IMG/VR virus record: IMGVR_UViG_3300007609_001696
Coordinates: 19,267 to 83,266 of that record
Length of the DNA stretch: 64,000 nt
Reading direction: 5' to 3' (one strand)
From: a virus
The notes beneath the pieces were generated by a model that saw only the letters and a list, made by a program, of their open reading frames with translations, did not search any database and was not told where the DNA came from. The position numbers and the translations under genes are program-made. Positions 26,395 through 34,552 of the stretch are shown piece by piece; the first letter of the stretch is position 1; every line of letters starts with the position of its first letter.

Positions 26395-27560
26395 GCTTTT
26401 ATTGTGCATTAGCAAACTATGGTATTACAATAGATAACGATGATACTTTGATGCCCTGCTGTCAGTACAATCTAAATAAAAGCCAATTGCCCAAGCTATC
26501 GCACCGTCAAGCAGCCGACTTTGAAAAAACAGTTAGGCCTCAAATTATCAAAGATCTAGAGCAAGGTGTGCTTCATGCGGGCTGTGATGTTTGCTGGCAT
26601 CAGGAAAAAATCAGCGGCAAAAGTTTGCGCACAGACTCAAACAAATTCTACACAGATGATCCTCGTGGCATAGTTGACATGGAAGTAAGACTGGGCAATG
26701 TGTGCAATTTAAAATGTCCAATGTGTGGTCCTTATGCTAGCAGTTTGTGGTATGCAGAAATGTCTAAACATCGAGATCAGTTTATGGAAAACAATTACTA
26801 TCGATTGATTGACAAAAAAGATCCTGTCGACAGTCAGTACAAACCAGATCGAGATTATTACACCAGCAAATGGTATGATGAACAAACTGTGTTTGAATTT
26901 GTAGATTTGCGTTTGCATAATTTGCGCAAATTAAACATCAGCGGAGGCGAGCCGTTTATGTCTGATACCATGCGGTCTATTCTTCAAACACTGTCAGCTC
27001 GACAAGATCTGCATCCTGATTTTACAATTCAAATCAACACCAACGGCACTGTACTTGATCAAACACACATAGAGTTGTTGCAAAAAATAAAATACAGAGT
27101 GAGAATTTGCATAAGCCTGGAAGGTGTTGGCAAACACAATGACTACCTAAGACATCCTTCAAACTGGCAGGACATTGACAAAAATATCAAAATTTTATGC
27201 GGAATTCGCGACAAACGTATAGAGAAAAATTTTAGTGTGACATCTCAGCACACCGTTCAGCCAGCAAGCGTGTACAGTTTTTTACCATTGGCAGAGTATT
27301 GCTATCAAATGCGTATTCCTATGGTACTGAGTCCCGTGTACAACAGTAAAATGGATCTGTCTGCTATAAATCAAGATGAAAAAAATAAGGTAAAAAACAT
27401 ACACTGTGATACATGCGACCAAGATACATTGGAACGCTTCAAAAGGATAATAAGAAAAATCAATCCTAAAGAACAGTCAAGAAAATCCTACAAAAAATAC
27501 ATTGGGTTTTTGGATAAAATTAGAAACACCAACTATGAAAGCTTGTTTGGTCCTTTGTGA
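26391..27560 (+). CDS. Radical SAM protein with an N-terminal Twitch/SPASM-like domain
   Basis: PCC, CxxC, CNLKCPMC, GGEP, TNG. Confidence 0.85.
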   Translation: MGFYCALANYGITIDNDDTLMPCCQYNLNKSQLPKLSHRQAADFEKTVRPQIIKDLEQGVLHAGCDVCWHQEKISGKSLRTDSNKFYTDDPRGIVDMEVRLGNVCNLKCPMCGPYASSLWYAEMSKHRDQFMENNYYRLIDKKDPVDSQYKPDRDYYTSKWYDEQTVFEFVDLRLHNLRKLNISGGEPFMSDTMRSILQTLSARQDLHPDFTIQINTNGTVLDQTHIELLQKIKYRVRICISLEGVGKHNDYLRHPSNWQDIDKNIKILCGIRDKRIEKNFSVTSQHTVQPASVYSFLPLAEYCYQMRIPMVLSPVYNSKMDLSAINQDEKNKVKNIHCDTCDQDTLERFKRIIRKINPKEQSRKSYKKYIGFLDKIRNTNYESLFGPL

Positions 27561-27769
27561 TCTTCAGGATATATTGACTTTACTTTGCGTGAATAATTTT
27601 TAGGCTTGACTTTTTTGCGGTTTGGTCGGTTGATGGTATAACCATATGGATCCACAGCACGTCGGATCATTGCAGGATCACCAAACAACGGCATGCTCAC
27701 AGCAGCTATATTTTCACTGGCAGTGGCACCATCTGTGGCAACTTCTAGTATGATTTCACTGATCTTCAT
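27533..27769 (-). CDS. Small probable head protein
   Basis: MKISEIILE|VATDGATAS. Confidence 0.6.
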   Translation of the reverse strand: MKISEIILEVATDGATASENIAAVSMPLFGDPAMIRRAVDPYGYTINRPNRKKVKPKNYSRKVKSIYPEDHKGPNKLS

Positions 27770-28073
27770 ATTCAATCTCGGCCGACAACGCACTTTTTTC
27801 TTGTGCTAGCACTTTTGTGGTGCTGAGGCAGTCTTTGATACCAATGTTTGTGATCTTGTAGCTGAGTGGAGGTATTACCCATTCAACTTGCACACACACC
27901 GGCCGACTGTTTACAATTATAGGACTGCGTTCTGCATAGTATGTGCTATTCATGTCATCTGCCAAAAACGTGCGTTCTGTCATCAAGTATCCATCGATGT
28001 ACAATCTGTACACCGGAGGTTTGTCTTTGATGACCAAAGCATGTATATCTAAGCAAACAACCTGTGATTCCAT
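27756..28073 (-). CDS. Hypothetical protein
   Basis: PVYRLYIDG..MTER; TAAATA 5 nt before the ATG. Confidence 0.6.
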   Translation of the reverse strand: MESQVVCLDIHALVIKDKPPVYRLYIDGYLMTERTFLADDMNSTYYAERSPIIVNSRPVCVQVEWVIPPLSYKITNIGIKDCLSTTKVLAQEKSALSAEIEYEDQ

Positions 28074-28103
28074 GCAAGTATTTAGCAAACAATTGCAGGT
28101 GTT

Positions 28104-28286
28104 TTATTTGTTGGTGTACCAGCTGGCTATTCTTGTGAGATAATTGTGTGGCACTCTTTGTGATTTTTTGTGCGAAGTCTTGAGTTTTTTGGCCTTGGCT
28201 CGTAGGCGCTTTTGGTCTGTTTTGCTTAGTTTATCTTTGGAATTTACACCCATGTAATCTGCGGCTTGTTTTAAAAACACATTCAT
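28104..28286 (-). CDS. Small basic protein
   Basis: AGGAG RBS, K-rich. Confidence 0.55.
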   Translation of the reverse strand: MNVFLKQAADYMGVNSKDKLSKTDQKRLRAKAKKLKTSHKKSQRVPHNYLTRIASWYTNK

Positions 28287-28302
28287 GGTATACTCCTTGT
28301 TG

Positions 28303-30702
28303 TTATTTTTTCTTACGTCCCGACTTCATGTTGGCGCACCAGTGGTATCCTTTCTGTTTTTCGCCACTGCTGTTTTTAGCTTTCTTGCGTAGACTTGTAA
28401 CACTTCCCTTGCAGCTAACACCTGCCTTTTTAAACCTTCCTGGTCTGCTTTTGCCTTTTACTTTACCATCAGCAAAGTTTTCGTCCAGTGTGGATTCTTT
28501 CATGGTTGCTACAAAGTATACACTGCCTGGATCTTGAGCATCAACAATTTCTTTTTCGTAGGCTTTGCGTAGGTCAGACACTCTGCGTTTGTATTCTTCA
28601 CGATCAATTTCGCCACTAAGTTGTAGATCTAACAAGTGTGCCAGTTCTTTGGTTTCTTCTGCTTCGAGATCCTTGATATCTTGTGCTCGATTTAGTGTGC
28701 TGAACTTGCTGTCTAAGTTGTCATCTACCATAGCATATTCATCAGATTTTTCGTCATACGCATAAACTGTTAGATCAGGATCTTGTGCTAGCTTTTTCCA
28801 AACAGCAGTGCCACCTGCACTTTGTTCTACGTCGCTTTTGATCACACCAACATCCTGTATTGCCACTTTGTACAATTCTGGCATTACACCTTGCCCTTGG
28901 TATTCTGGCAACATCATTGCCATGCTCATTTTGCCGCGACCCGGCGCACCCACCAGTTTTAGCATACCAAACGGTTTGTTGTCGTCTAACAAGAAGTAAT
29001 AAATTGTATTGCCGTGTTTGCCTTTTGCCACAGCGTAGTTTTTTACACTGTCCCCTGTAAGCTCTGCTCCGCTTCCATCCAGTGCATCCTGAAAAAGATC
29101 TGGACTGATGCCCATGTCATCTTTTTCGACATCTATTTGCTCGACTTCCGTTAGGTCTATGCCGCGCTTGGTTAGTTCCTTGCGAATTGCTTTTTTTAAC
29201 TGTTGATCCACTGGCTCGTTGGTGAGTTTTTTCAAAAAATTCATTAGATTTTTTGTATTGTATTGTTGTACTAGAACTGCGCTTTCTTTTACATTCTTTT
29301 TGTCTGCAATAGCAACCAATCTTACATCGCTAGATCTGTTAAGTTGTTTTAATTCTTCCATGCCTTTTGCATAATCAGCATTGCTAATTTTGCCATTTTC
29401 AAAATCTCGTTGTAACTGATCCAGCTTATCTTCGTCGTAGTAGATTTCGCTGTCGTTATCTTCGTCAGGATTCCACTGGAAAAATTGATCATTGTTTTTG
29501 TCCCATGCATACACAAATACACCAGGCACATTTGCAAGTTTTTTCCATATCCCCTCTTTGCTTCCTTTGCTTTGAATGTGATCACTTACAAGTGTATAGC
29601 CTTGTTTAATCGCATAAACATACAGAGGAAGTGCAATACCTTTGCCCTGGATCTCTGGATCAAAGAATACACTGCTTTTCCAATATTTGTCAAGATAGTT
29701 GGTTAACATTAATGCCCCTAAAAATCCTTCACTGTCTGGATCTTTAATGAGGAAAAACTCCACTCCTTCCCTGTCTTTTTTAATATAATGTATGTCGTAT
29801 CCTTTGATTGTGCTTACTTTTTTTGTTTTTCCGATAAAGTTATCATAATCCCCACGATACAAAAAATTTTTTTCGATGCGATTATCTATTTCGATTTCAC
29901 TAATTTGCTTCCAACGTTCTGTAAGTTGTGCTACTTTATTTGTATCCTGTGAATTTTTAGTTGCTCGAGCGTGTAGCAGCGGTGGTTCGTTGTCTTTGTT
30001 TAGTTTGATACCTAGTTTTGCCGCCTGACGTTGTGTTTCTCCGGGCTTGACATCTGCTGTGGTATTTTGTGCATCAATAATACCCACACCAGCTACTTCG
30101 GCAAAAATACCTTTTGTTTTGGGTGTTTTTTTCTTGCCTATGTTTTTGAGTGCTCGTTTGATTTTGTTTATGCCGCTCACTGTGTAGAACATGGTTTTAA
30201 GCACAGGTATAGACACGCCCAGCACTATAGCAAGTTGTTTGATTTCTTCTAGATTGAACTGCCCAAAAAGCCCAGCCAAATCAGCCGCGGCTCCGGCGTC
30301 TTCGATGGCAAACTCTGGATTGGAAGTTTTAAAATTGTCTTTTCTCATCACTGTTTTGGCAATGAGATCTAATTCTTGGTTGTTGGCGTCCCACACCAGT
30401 ACAAAAGGCATGTTAACATCTGTCTTCATATCCTTCATAACTGCTTGTGCATCAGGCCCTAGTTGAGCAATTTTCTTGCCCCACTTTTTGAACTCTTGCT
30501 TGAACAAGCGAGTAAGTTCTGCTAGTGTGATTTGACGTTGGTTGCGTTGATCATTTACACGATCTAGAAAGTGTTGTGTAAACTCTACATCAATGCCAAC
30601 CTTGCCAAACAATCGATCAGCATATGCTTCAAGTTGTTCTAGATCACTGCGTGTTACTGGCGCTGATTCTGCACCTTCATTGAGCCAACTCCAATTGCTC
30701 AT
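28303..30702 (-). CDS. Multi-module polyprotein-like protein with two GNAT-like domains
   Basis: FDPEIQGKGIA and MLPEYQGQGVM acetyl-CoA motifs, each followed by SD..QS..G...W.KLA; basic C-terminal module. Confidence 0.7.
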   Translation of the reverse strand: MSNWSWLNEGAESAPVTRSDLEQLEAYADRLFGKVGIDVEFTQHFLDRVNDQRNQRQITLAELTRLFKQEFKKWGKKIAQLGPDAQAVMKDMKTDVNMPFVLVWDANNQELDLIAKTVMRKDNFKTSNPEFAIEDAGAAADLAGLFGQFNLEEIKQLAIVLGVSIPVLKTMFYTVSGINKIKRALKNIGKKKTPKTKGIFAEVAGVGIIDAQNTTADVKPGETQRQAAKLGIKLNKDNEPPLLHARATKNSQDTNKVAQLTERWKQISEIEIDNRIEKNFLYRGDYDNFIGKTKKVSTIKGYDIHYIKKDREGVEFFLIKDPDSEGFLGALMLTNYLDKYWKSSVFFDPEIQGKGIALPLYVYAIKQGYTLVSDHIQSKGSKEGIWKKLANVPGVFVYAWDKNNDQFFQWNPDEDNDSEIYYDEDKLDQLQRDFENGKISNADYAKGMEELKQLNRSSDVRLVAIADKKNVKESAVLVQQYNTKNLMNFLKKLTNEPVDQQLKKAIRKELTKRGIDLTEVEQIDVEKDDMGISPDLFQDALDGSGAELTGDSVKNYAVAKGKHGNTIYYFLLDDNKPFGMLKLVGAPGRGKMSMAMMLPEYQGQGVMPELYKVAIQDVGVIKSDVEQSAGGTAVWKKLAQDPDLTVYAYDEKSDEYAMVDDNLDSKFSTLNRAQDIKDLEAEETKELAHLLDLQLSGEIDREEYKRRVSDLRKAYEKEIVDAQDPGSVYFVATMKESTLDENFADGKVKGKSRPGRFKKAGVSCKGSVTSLRKKAKNSSGEKQKGYHWCANMKSGRKKK

Positions 30703-31733
30703 TTCTTTTTGCGTCCTTGGCAGTGTGCTCGCTGACTAAATCCTTTGGGATTGGCACAGTCTATGCTGTTTTTGTATTTTTGACTCCATGCTTCGCGAAA
30801 AGATTCTACGCTTTCACCTGCTTCCATCACAGCTATTTCGTCTGGCGTAAACGATTCTGCACGAACACCTTGAACCTTTTTTAGCAATAGTCGCACCATG
30901 GTAATCAGTTTCATTTTCATTTCGTCACTGGCGGTGCCTTTGCTGTCAATGTCTCTAAAGTCTGCAATCATTTTGGTTGCACGAGCAATCTGCTTTGCTA
31001 GTACGCCATTTGCACCTGTGTAGAAACGCTTGGCCTTGCTCTTAGGCGGTGTTGGATCACTGCGGTAGTTGCCTAGTTCGTCTGGTCTTGCTGGTTGCAC
31101 ATCTTCTTTCACAGGTTGTATTTTGTCTCGCATGAGTTCGTGTATCTTTTCACTGTAGCTACCAAACAAATCTTTTACAATAAGTGCTTGCTGTTTAGCA
31201 TCAGCAGATGCAAACTGCTGGCGTACTTCTGTGGCGCTTTTCATTGGCTTGCCTAGCAAGTCAAAGCGAAAAGTAGGCACAGCTTCAATGTAACCACGCT
31301 TGCTCAATGGTTCAAGATCGTCATCTTTGGGCAAAGGTGCAAAGTAACCCGGACTGCCATCTGCTTTGGGCTTGAACGCAAAACGTGGATCTTCCATCAT
31401 GTCTTTTTCGCTGACCGCAAAAATAACTGCTGTATTTTCTGGATCAGCTACTTTGCTTGTAACTTCTGTTGCTTTGTATGGTTCTTTGACCTGTTTGACG
31501 CGGCTGCCTGGTACACCCACATGTCGCATGATGGTTTGTTTTTCTTGAAAGTTGAACGGACTTTTTGGAGGATCCACTTTGTCGCTGGTAACAATGTAGA
31601 CATTGCTCACACCATACTTGTTAACCAAGTGGTCGTACACTGCTTTATGTCCTTTGTGAAAAGGATGGAATCTTCCTGGATAGAGAACTAGTGTTTGTGT
31701 AGTGTCTTGTTCTGTGATTTGCTCAATTTGCAT
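30699..31733 (-). CDS. HxGH nucleotidyltransferase-like protein with a basic C-terminal module
   Basis: YPGRFHPFHKGH, SPF.F.EK, SAT.VR; MQIEQITE N-terminus. Confidence 0.75.
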   Translation of the reverse strand: MQIEQITEQDTTQTLVLYPGRFHPFHKGHKAVYDHLVNKYGVSNVYIVTSDKVDPPKSPFNFQEKQTIMRHVGVPGSRVKQVKEPYKATEVTSKVADPENTAVIFAVSEKDMMEDPRFAFKPKADGSPGYFAPLPKDDDLEPLSKRGYIEAVPTFRFDLLGKPMKSATEVRQQFASADAKQQALIVKDLFGSYSEKIHELMRDKIQPVKEDVQPARPDELGNYRSDPTPPKSKAKRFYTGANGVLAKQIARATKMIADFRDIDSKGTASDEMKMKLITMVRLLLKKVQGVRAESFTPDEIAVMEAGESVESFREAWSQKYKNSIDCANPKGFSQRAHCQGRKKK

Positions 31734-31773
31734 ATAACGATCTCAGTAATAGTTATAAACTATTTAGCAGAGA

Positions 31774-31941
31774 TCACATGTTCACAATAAACCATAGATA
31801 TAAGTGAGTTGAAAAAGTCAAATTCTATGTACCGTTGTGACCCAGGTGTGTTTCGTTGTAGAATTCTAAATCCAATGCTTGATCTTTGACCCAAGTGGTT
31901 GCTTCTACTGAAAATTGTATTGAAATTTGTTCTGATTCCAT
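31774..31941 (-). pseudogene. Probable degraded gene (in-frame TAG at 31825-31827)
   Basis: MESEQIS...HLGHNGT*NLTFSTHLYLWF. Confidence 0.35.
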
Positions 31942-31943
31942 GT

Positions 31944-33170
31944 TTACTCCAAAAGCCTGTCTATGACTGCTTGCAGTCTATCTTGTTTGCTTGCCAGCAG
32001 GTTTTGTTGATTGTGTTCTAGTATGGTTCTAAATTGTGCTATTTCGGCAGCTAGCCCTTCGTGGTCGCTTTCAGCAATAGCAAATGCTTCGGTTAGCACT
32101 GCATGCATGCGTTCTTCTGCATCTTCCATAGAGTCGTAGTCTTCGGATATATAACCATCAAATGTTTTGTATCCGAGACTGTGCAACAAATCCAAGCTCC
32201 CCGGGGATCCTACAATAACAAAAGGTTGTAGGTTTAAAATAGGCTTAAAGGTCTTTTCTGTTAGAAATACTGTATCTTGATCGAAATGTGTTTCAACTAC
32301 AAAATTCCAGTAAGCCTCTCTAAAGTAATCATCTAGGATTAGTTTATGATTATTATGTTGTTGGTCGTCTAGATCGTCTGCACGAAAAGGACAATTTAAT
32401 AGAAACTGTTCTATTAAAACATCATTTTCGTTGAAATATTTATTCCAGAAATATGGGGCCCAATAATTATCGCCTTCTATCACAGTGTTTTCTTCGCCTG
32501 TGATACTGTAACTCTGTTGGTTGTAACTAAAATATCCATCATTGTGGGCTCCATGATGCCACAGACTGGCTGCAAACAAACGCCTAAAAGGTTTGTCCAT
32601 TCTATTCAAACAGGTGAACTTTTTTTGCCGAGGTTCTAGGTTGACTGTTTTTATATAATTTTTGTCAATTGTGTGAAGATATCTATAGTATACCTCGTCA
32701 TCGCAAAAGTATATAAATGGATCCACATCTTTGAGTTTGTAATTAGCAATTACAAAGCGTATGCTGCCCAACGGCAAATCGTACTTGCCGTACCAATCAA
32801 AAATATTATCTATAATGTCTATGGTAGGATCGTCGCCTTCTGAGTAGAAAAATGCAAATGTTAGAAATCCGCCCTTGGCAAGATTGCGAGCATATTCGCT
32901 GGCAGCACCTATGTAATCATAGTCAGGATCAAACATGTTGATCCATATTGGATAAATTACCAAGTCGTCGTCTGGCGTAACATCTGTGACCAGTTTGCAA
33001 GCATACTCCATGCCCTCGAGGTCCATGTACTTGAGAAATCTAAATTCATAGCTGTATGGTGCAGTTATTGCTAGATCCCACCAAGCTTGTGACTTTGGTT
33101 CTGCTTCGTAGGCAGCAAGATTGGGCACAAAACCCCATTGGTTTTGTTTGTCAAACACAAATGTAATCAT
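31944..33170 (-). CDS. Putative glycosyltransferase-like protein (ET...TEK family)
   Basis: CLNR..KP.R, VETH..FLTEKTFKPI..QPF. Confidence 0.55.
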   Translation of the reverse strand: MITFVFDKQNQWGFVPNLAAYEAEPKSQAWWDLAITAPYSYEFRFLKYMDLEGMEYACKLVTDVTPDDDLVIYPIWINMFDPDYDYIGAASEYARNLAKGGFLTFAFFYSEGDDPTIDIIDNIFDWYGKYDLPLGSIRFVIANYKLKDVDPFIYFCDDEVYYRYLHTIDKNYIKTVNLEPRQKKFTCLNRMDKPFRRLFAASLWHHGAHNDGYFSYNQQSYSITGEENTVIEGDNYWAPYFWNKYFNENDVLIEQFLLNCPFRADDLDDQQHNNHKLILDDYFREAYWNFVVETHFDQDTVFLTEKTFKPILNLQPFVIVGSPGSLDLLHSLGYKTFDGYISEDYDSMEDAEERMHAVLTEAFAIAESDHEGLAAEIAQFRTILEHNQQNLLASKQDRLQAVIDRLLE

Positions 33171-33181
33171 AGATTCTTCTT

Positions 33182-33556
33182 TTAATAGTTGAATACAATT
33201 TTACGGATAGTACCATCTGTAAAATTTGTGATTTTAGCTCTTACCCATACAAAATTACCTGTAAAATTGTATGCTTCTTGTAATGTTTGCGCAGTACTCC
33301 CGTCATAGGAGTTGGTTGTGTTGTCTACATCAAACCAGTCATTGTCCGATGGAGACTTAGATAGTGTGGCTTGCATGGTAATTTCACCTACAAAGTTTGA
33401 GAGATAGTATGCTACTGTGTGCAATCCATCGGTGTATCCATAATAACCATCACCTTTTTGTTTGTCGCTGTAAAAAGTGCTGCTGTTACCATCATAGTTG
33501 CCTGTAGCAGTGCCAAATGTGGTTGTAGGTACAAGTGTGATGCTCTGTAGTGCCAT
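33182..33556 (-). CDS. Probable virion structural protein
   Basis: Beta-rich; late promoter upstream of the operon. Confidence 0.55.
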   Translation of the reverse strand: MALQSITLVPTTTFGTATGNYDGNSSTFYSDKQKGDGYYGYTDGLHTVAYYLSNFVGEITMQATLSKSPSDNDWFDVDNTTNSYDGSTAQTLQEAYNFTGNFVWVRAKITNFTDGTIRKIVFNY

Positions 33557-33726
33557 TAGTCGTCCGCCGGCAATAGCTCAATCAACTTGCCTGGTCCAGC
33601 AAGTTCTTGTAAAACTTGATATAGTTGCGTGAGAGTGTCTTGGTCAAACACAGGCTGTGCTGTATCCTCGTCTTTGAGCAGTTCGCTTACTTTAACAACA
33701 AACACTGTTTCGTTGATTTTTGCCAT
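33556..33726 (-). CDS. Hypothetical protein (56 aa)
   Basis: Manual ORF MAKINETVFVVKVSELLK; GGAG RBS; TAATG coupling. Confidence 0.65.
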   Translation of the reverse strand: MAKINETVFVVKVSELLKDEDTAQPVFDQDTLTQLYQVLQELAGPGKLIELLPADD

Positions 33727-33745
33727 ATCTGTACTCCAATATAAA

Positions 33746-34552
33746 CTATTTATCGAACAGTCTGAACTCTTGTATACTATTGATGCTGTCGCTCAACAGG
33801 ATCTGTGACATTTGCACCGAAGCTAGATCAGTGGCATAAAAATATATCTTTCCGTATGAATACATTTTGTTGGTGAGATTTTCCTGTGCATTGTCGGGAA
33901 TATATATAGAGTCGATCTGTTTTGCCCATTCCAAGAAAGCCAGTCCTCGTGTGTAGTAGTCTTGCTTTTTGCTTGTGCTGACATTTACTTTGTAGTTGTA
34001 TTTGTTGTAGGGCAACTTCTTTTTGTAAGCCACATTTACATCACCGTAGGTAACGTGTTCGTTTGGCACAGTCACAGTTCTAAGCCACAAATCAAAGCTG
34101 TGTTTTCTTGCAAAATATTTTTCTGTAGCGTGTAAGAAATTATTCAACACTGCTGGATCGTTGGCGTATATGCTGCACCAGCTGCCTTCGCAACGTATCA
34201 TTGAATGGTCTTTGTTTTTTCTTGCAAATCGTGCCAACTGTGCAATCACATTCAAGCACTGAGTATCCGGCGCTGTGTAACCATCTGACATTTCTCTATA
34301 AAAAAATCCCCAGCTGAGCTGTCTATCGCTCAGCATTGGCAATGAGTCAAAATGTGCTTTGAGTTGCTCTGGGGTTTCCAGTTTCCATTTGTAGCGTCTT
34401 ATGCCTTTGCAGTCAAGTTGCAACTTGTAGAGATATTTGTTGTAGAAAGGCTTTTCTGTTTGCTCAATCTTTAGGCTTAAACTGGTCCAGTACGATAAGT
34501 CCTGCTCCGTCCACATTTGGTACTGCGGTGTCTTCATAAAATACCTCTGCAA
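33746..34552 (-). CDS. Hypothetical protein
   Basis: 268-aa ORF; start uncertain (overlaps clpA). Confidence 0.6.
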   Translation of the reverse strand: MQRYFMKTPQYQMWTEQDLSYWTSLSLKIEQTEKPFYNKYLYKLQLDCKGIRRYKWKLETPEQLKAHFDSLPMLSDRQLSWGFFYREMSDGYTAPDTQCLNVIAQLARFARKNKDHSMIRCEGSWCSIYANDPAVLNNFLHATEKYFARKHSFDLWLRTVTVPNEHVTYGDVNVAYKKKLPYNKYNYKVNVSTSKKQDYYTRGLAFLEWAKQIDSIYIPDNAQENLTNKMYSYGKIYFYATDLASVQMSQILLSDSINSIQEFRLFDK

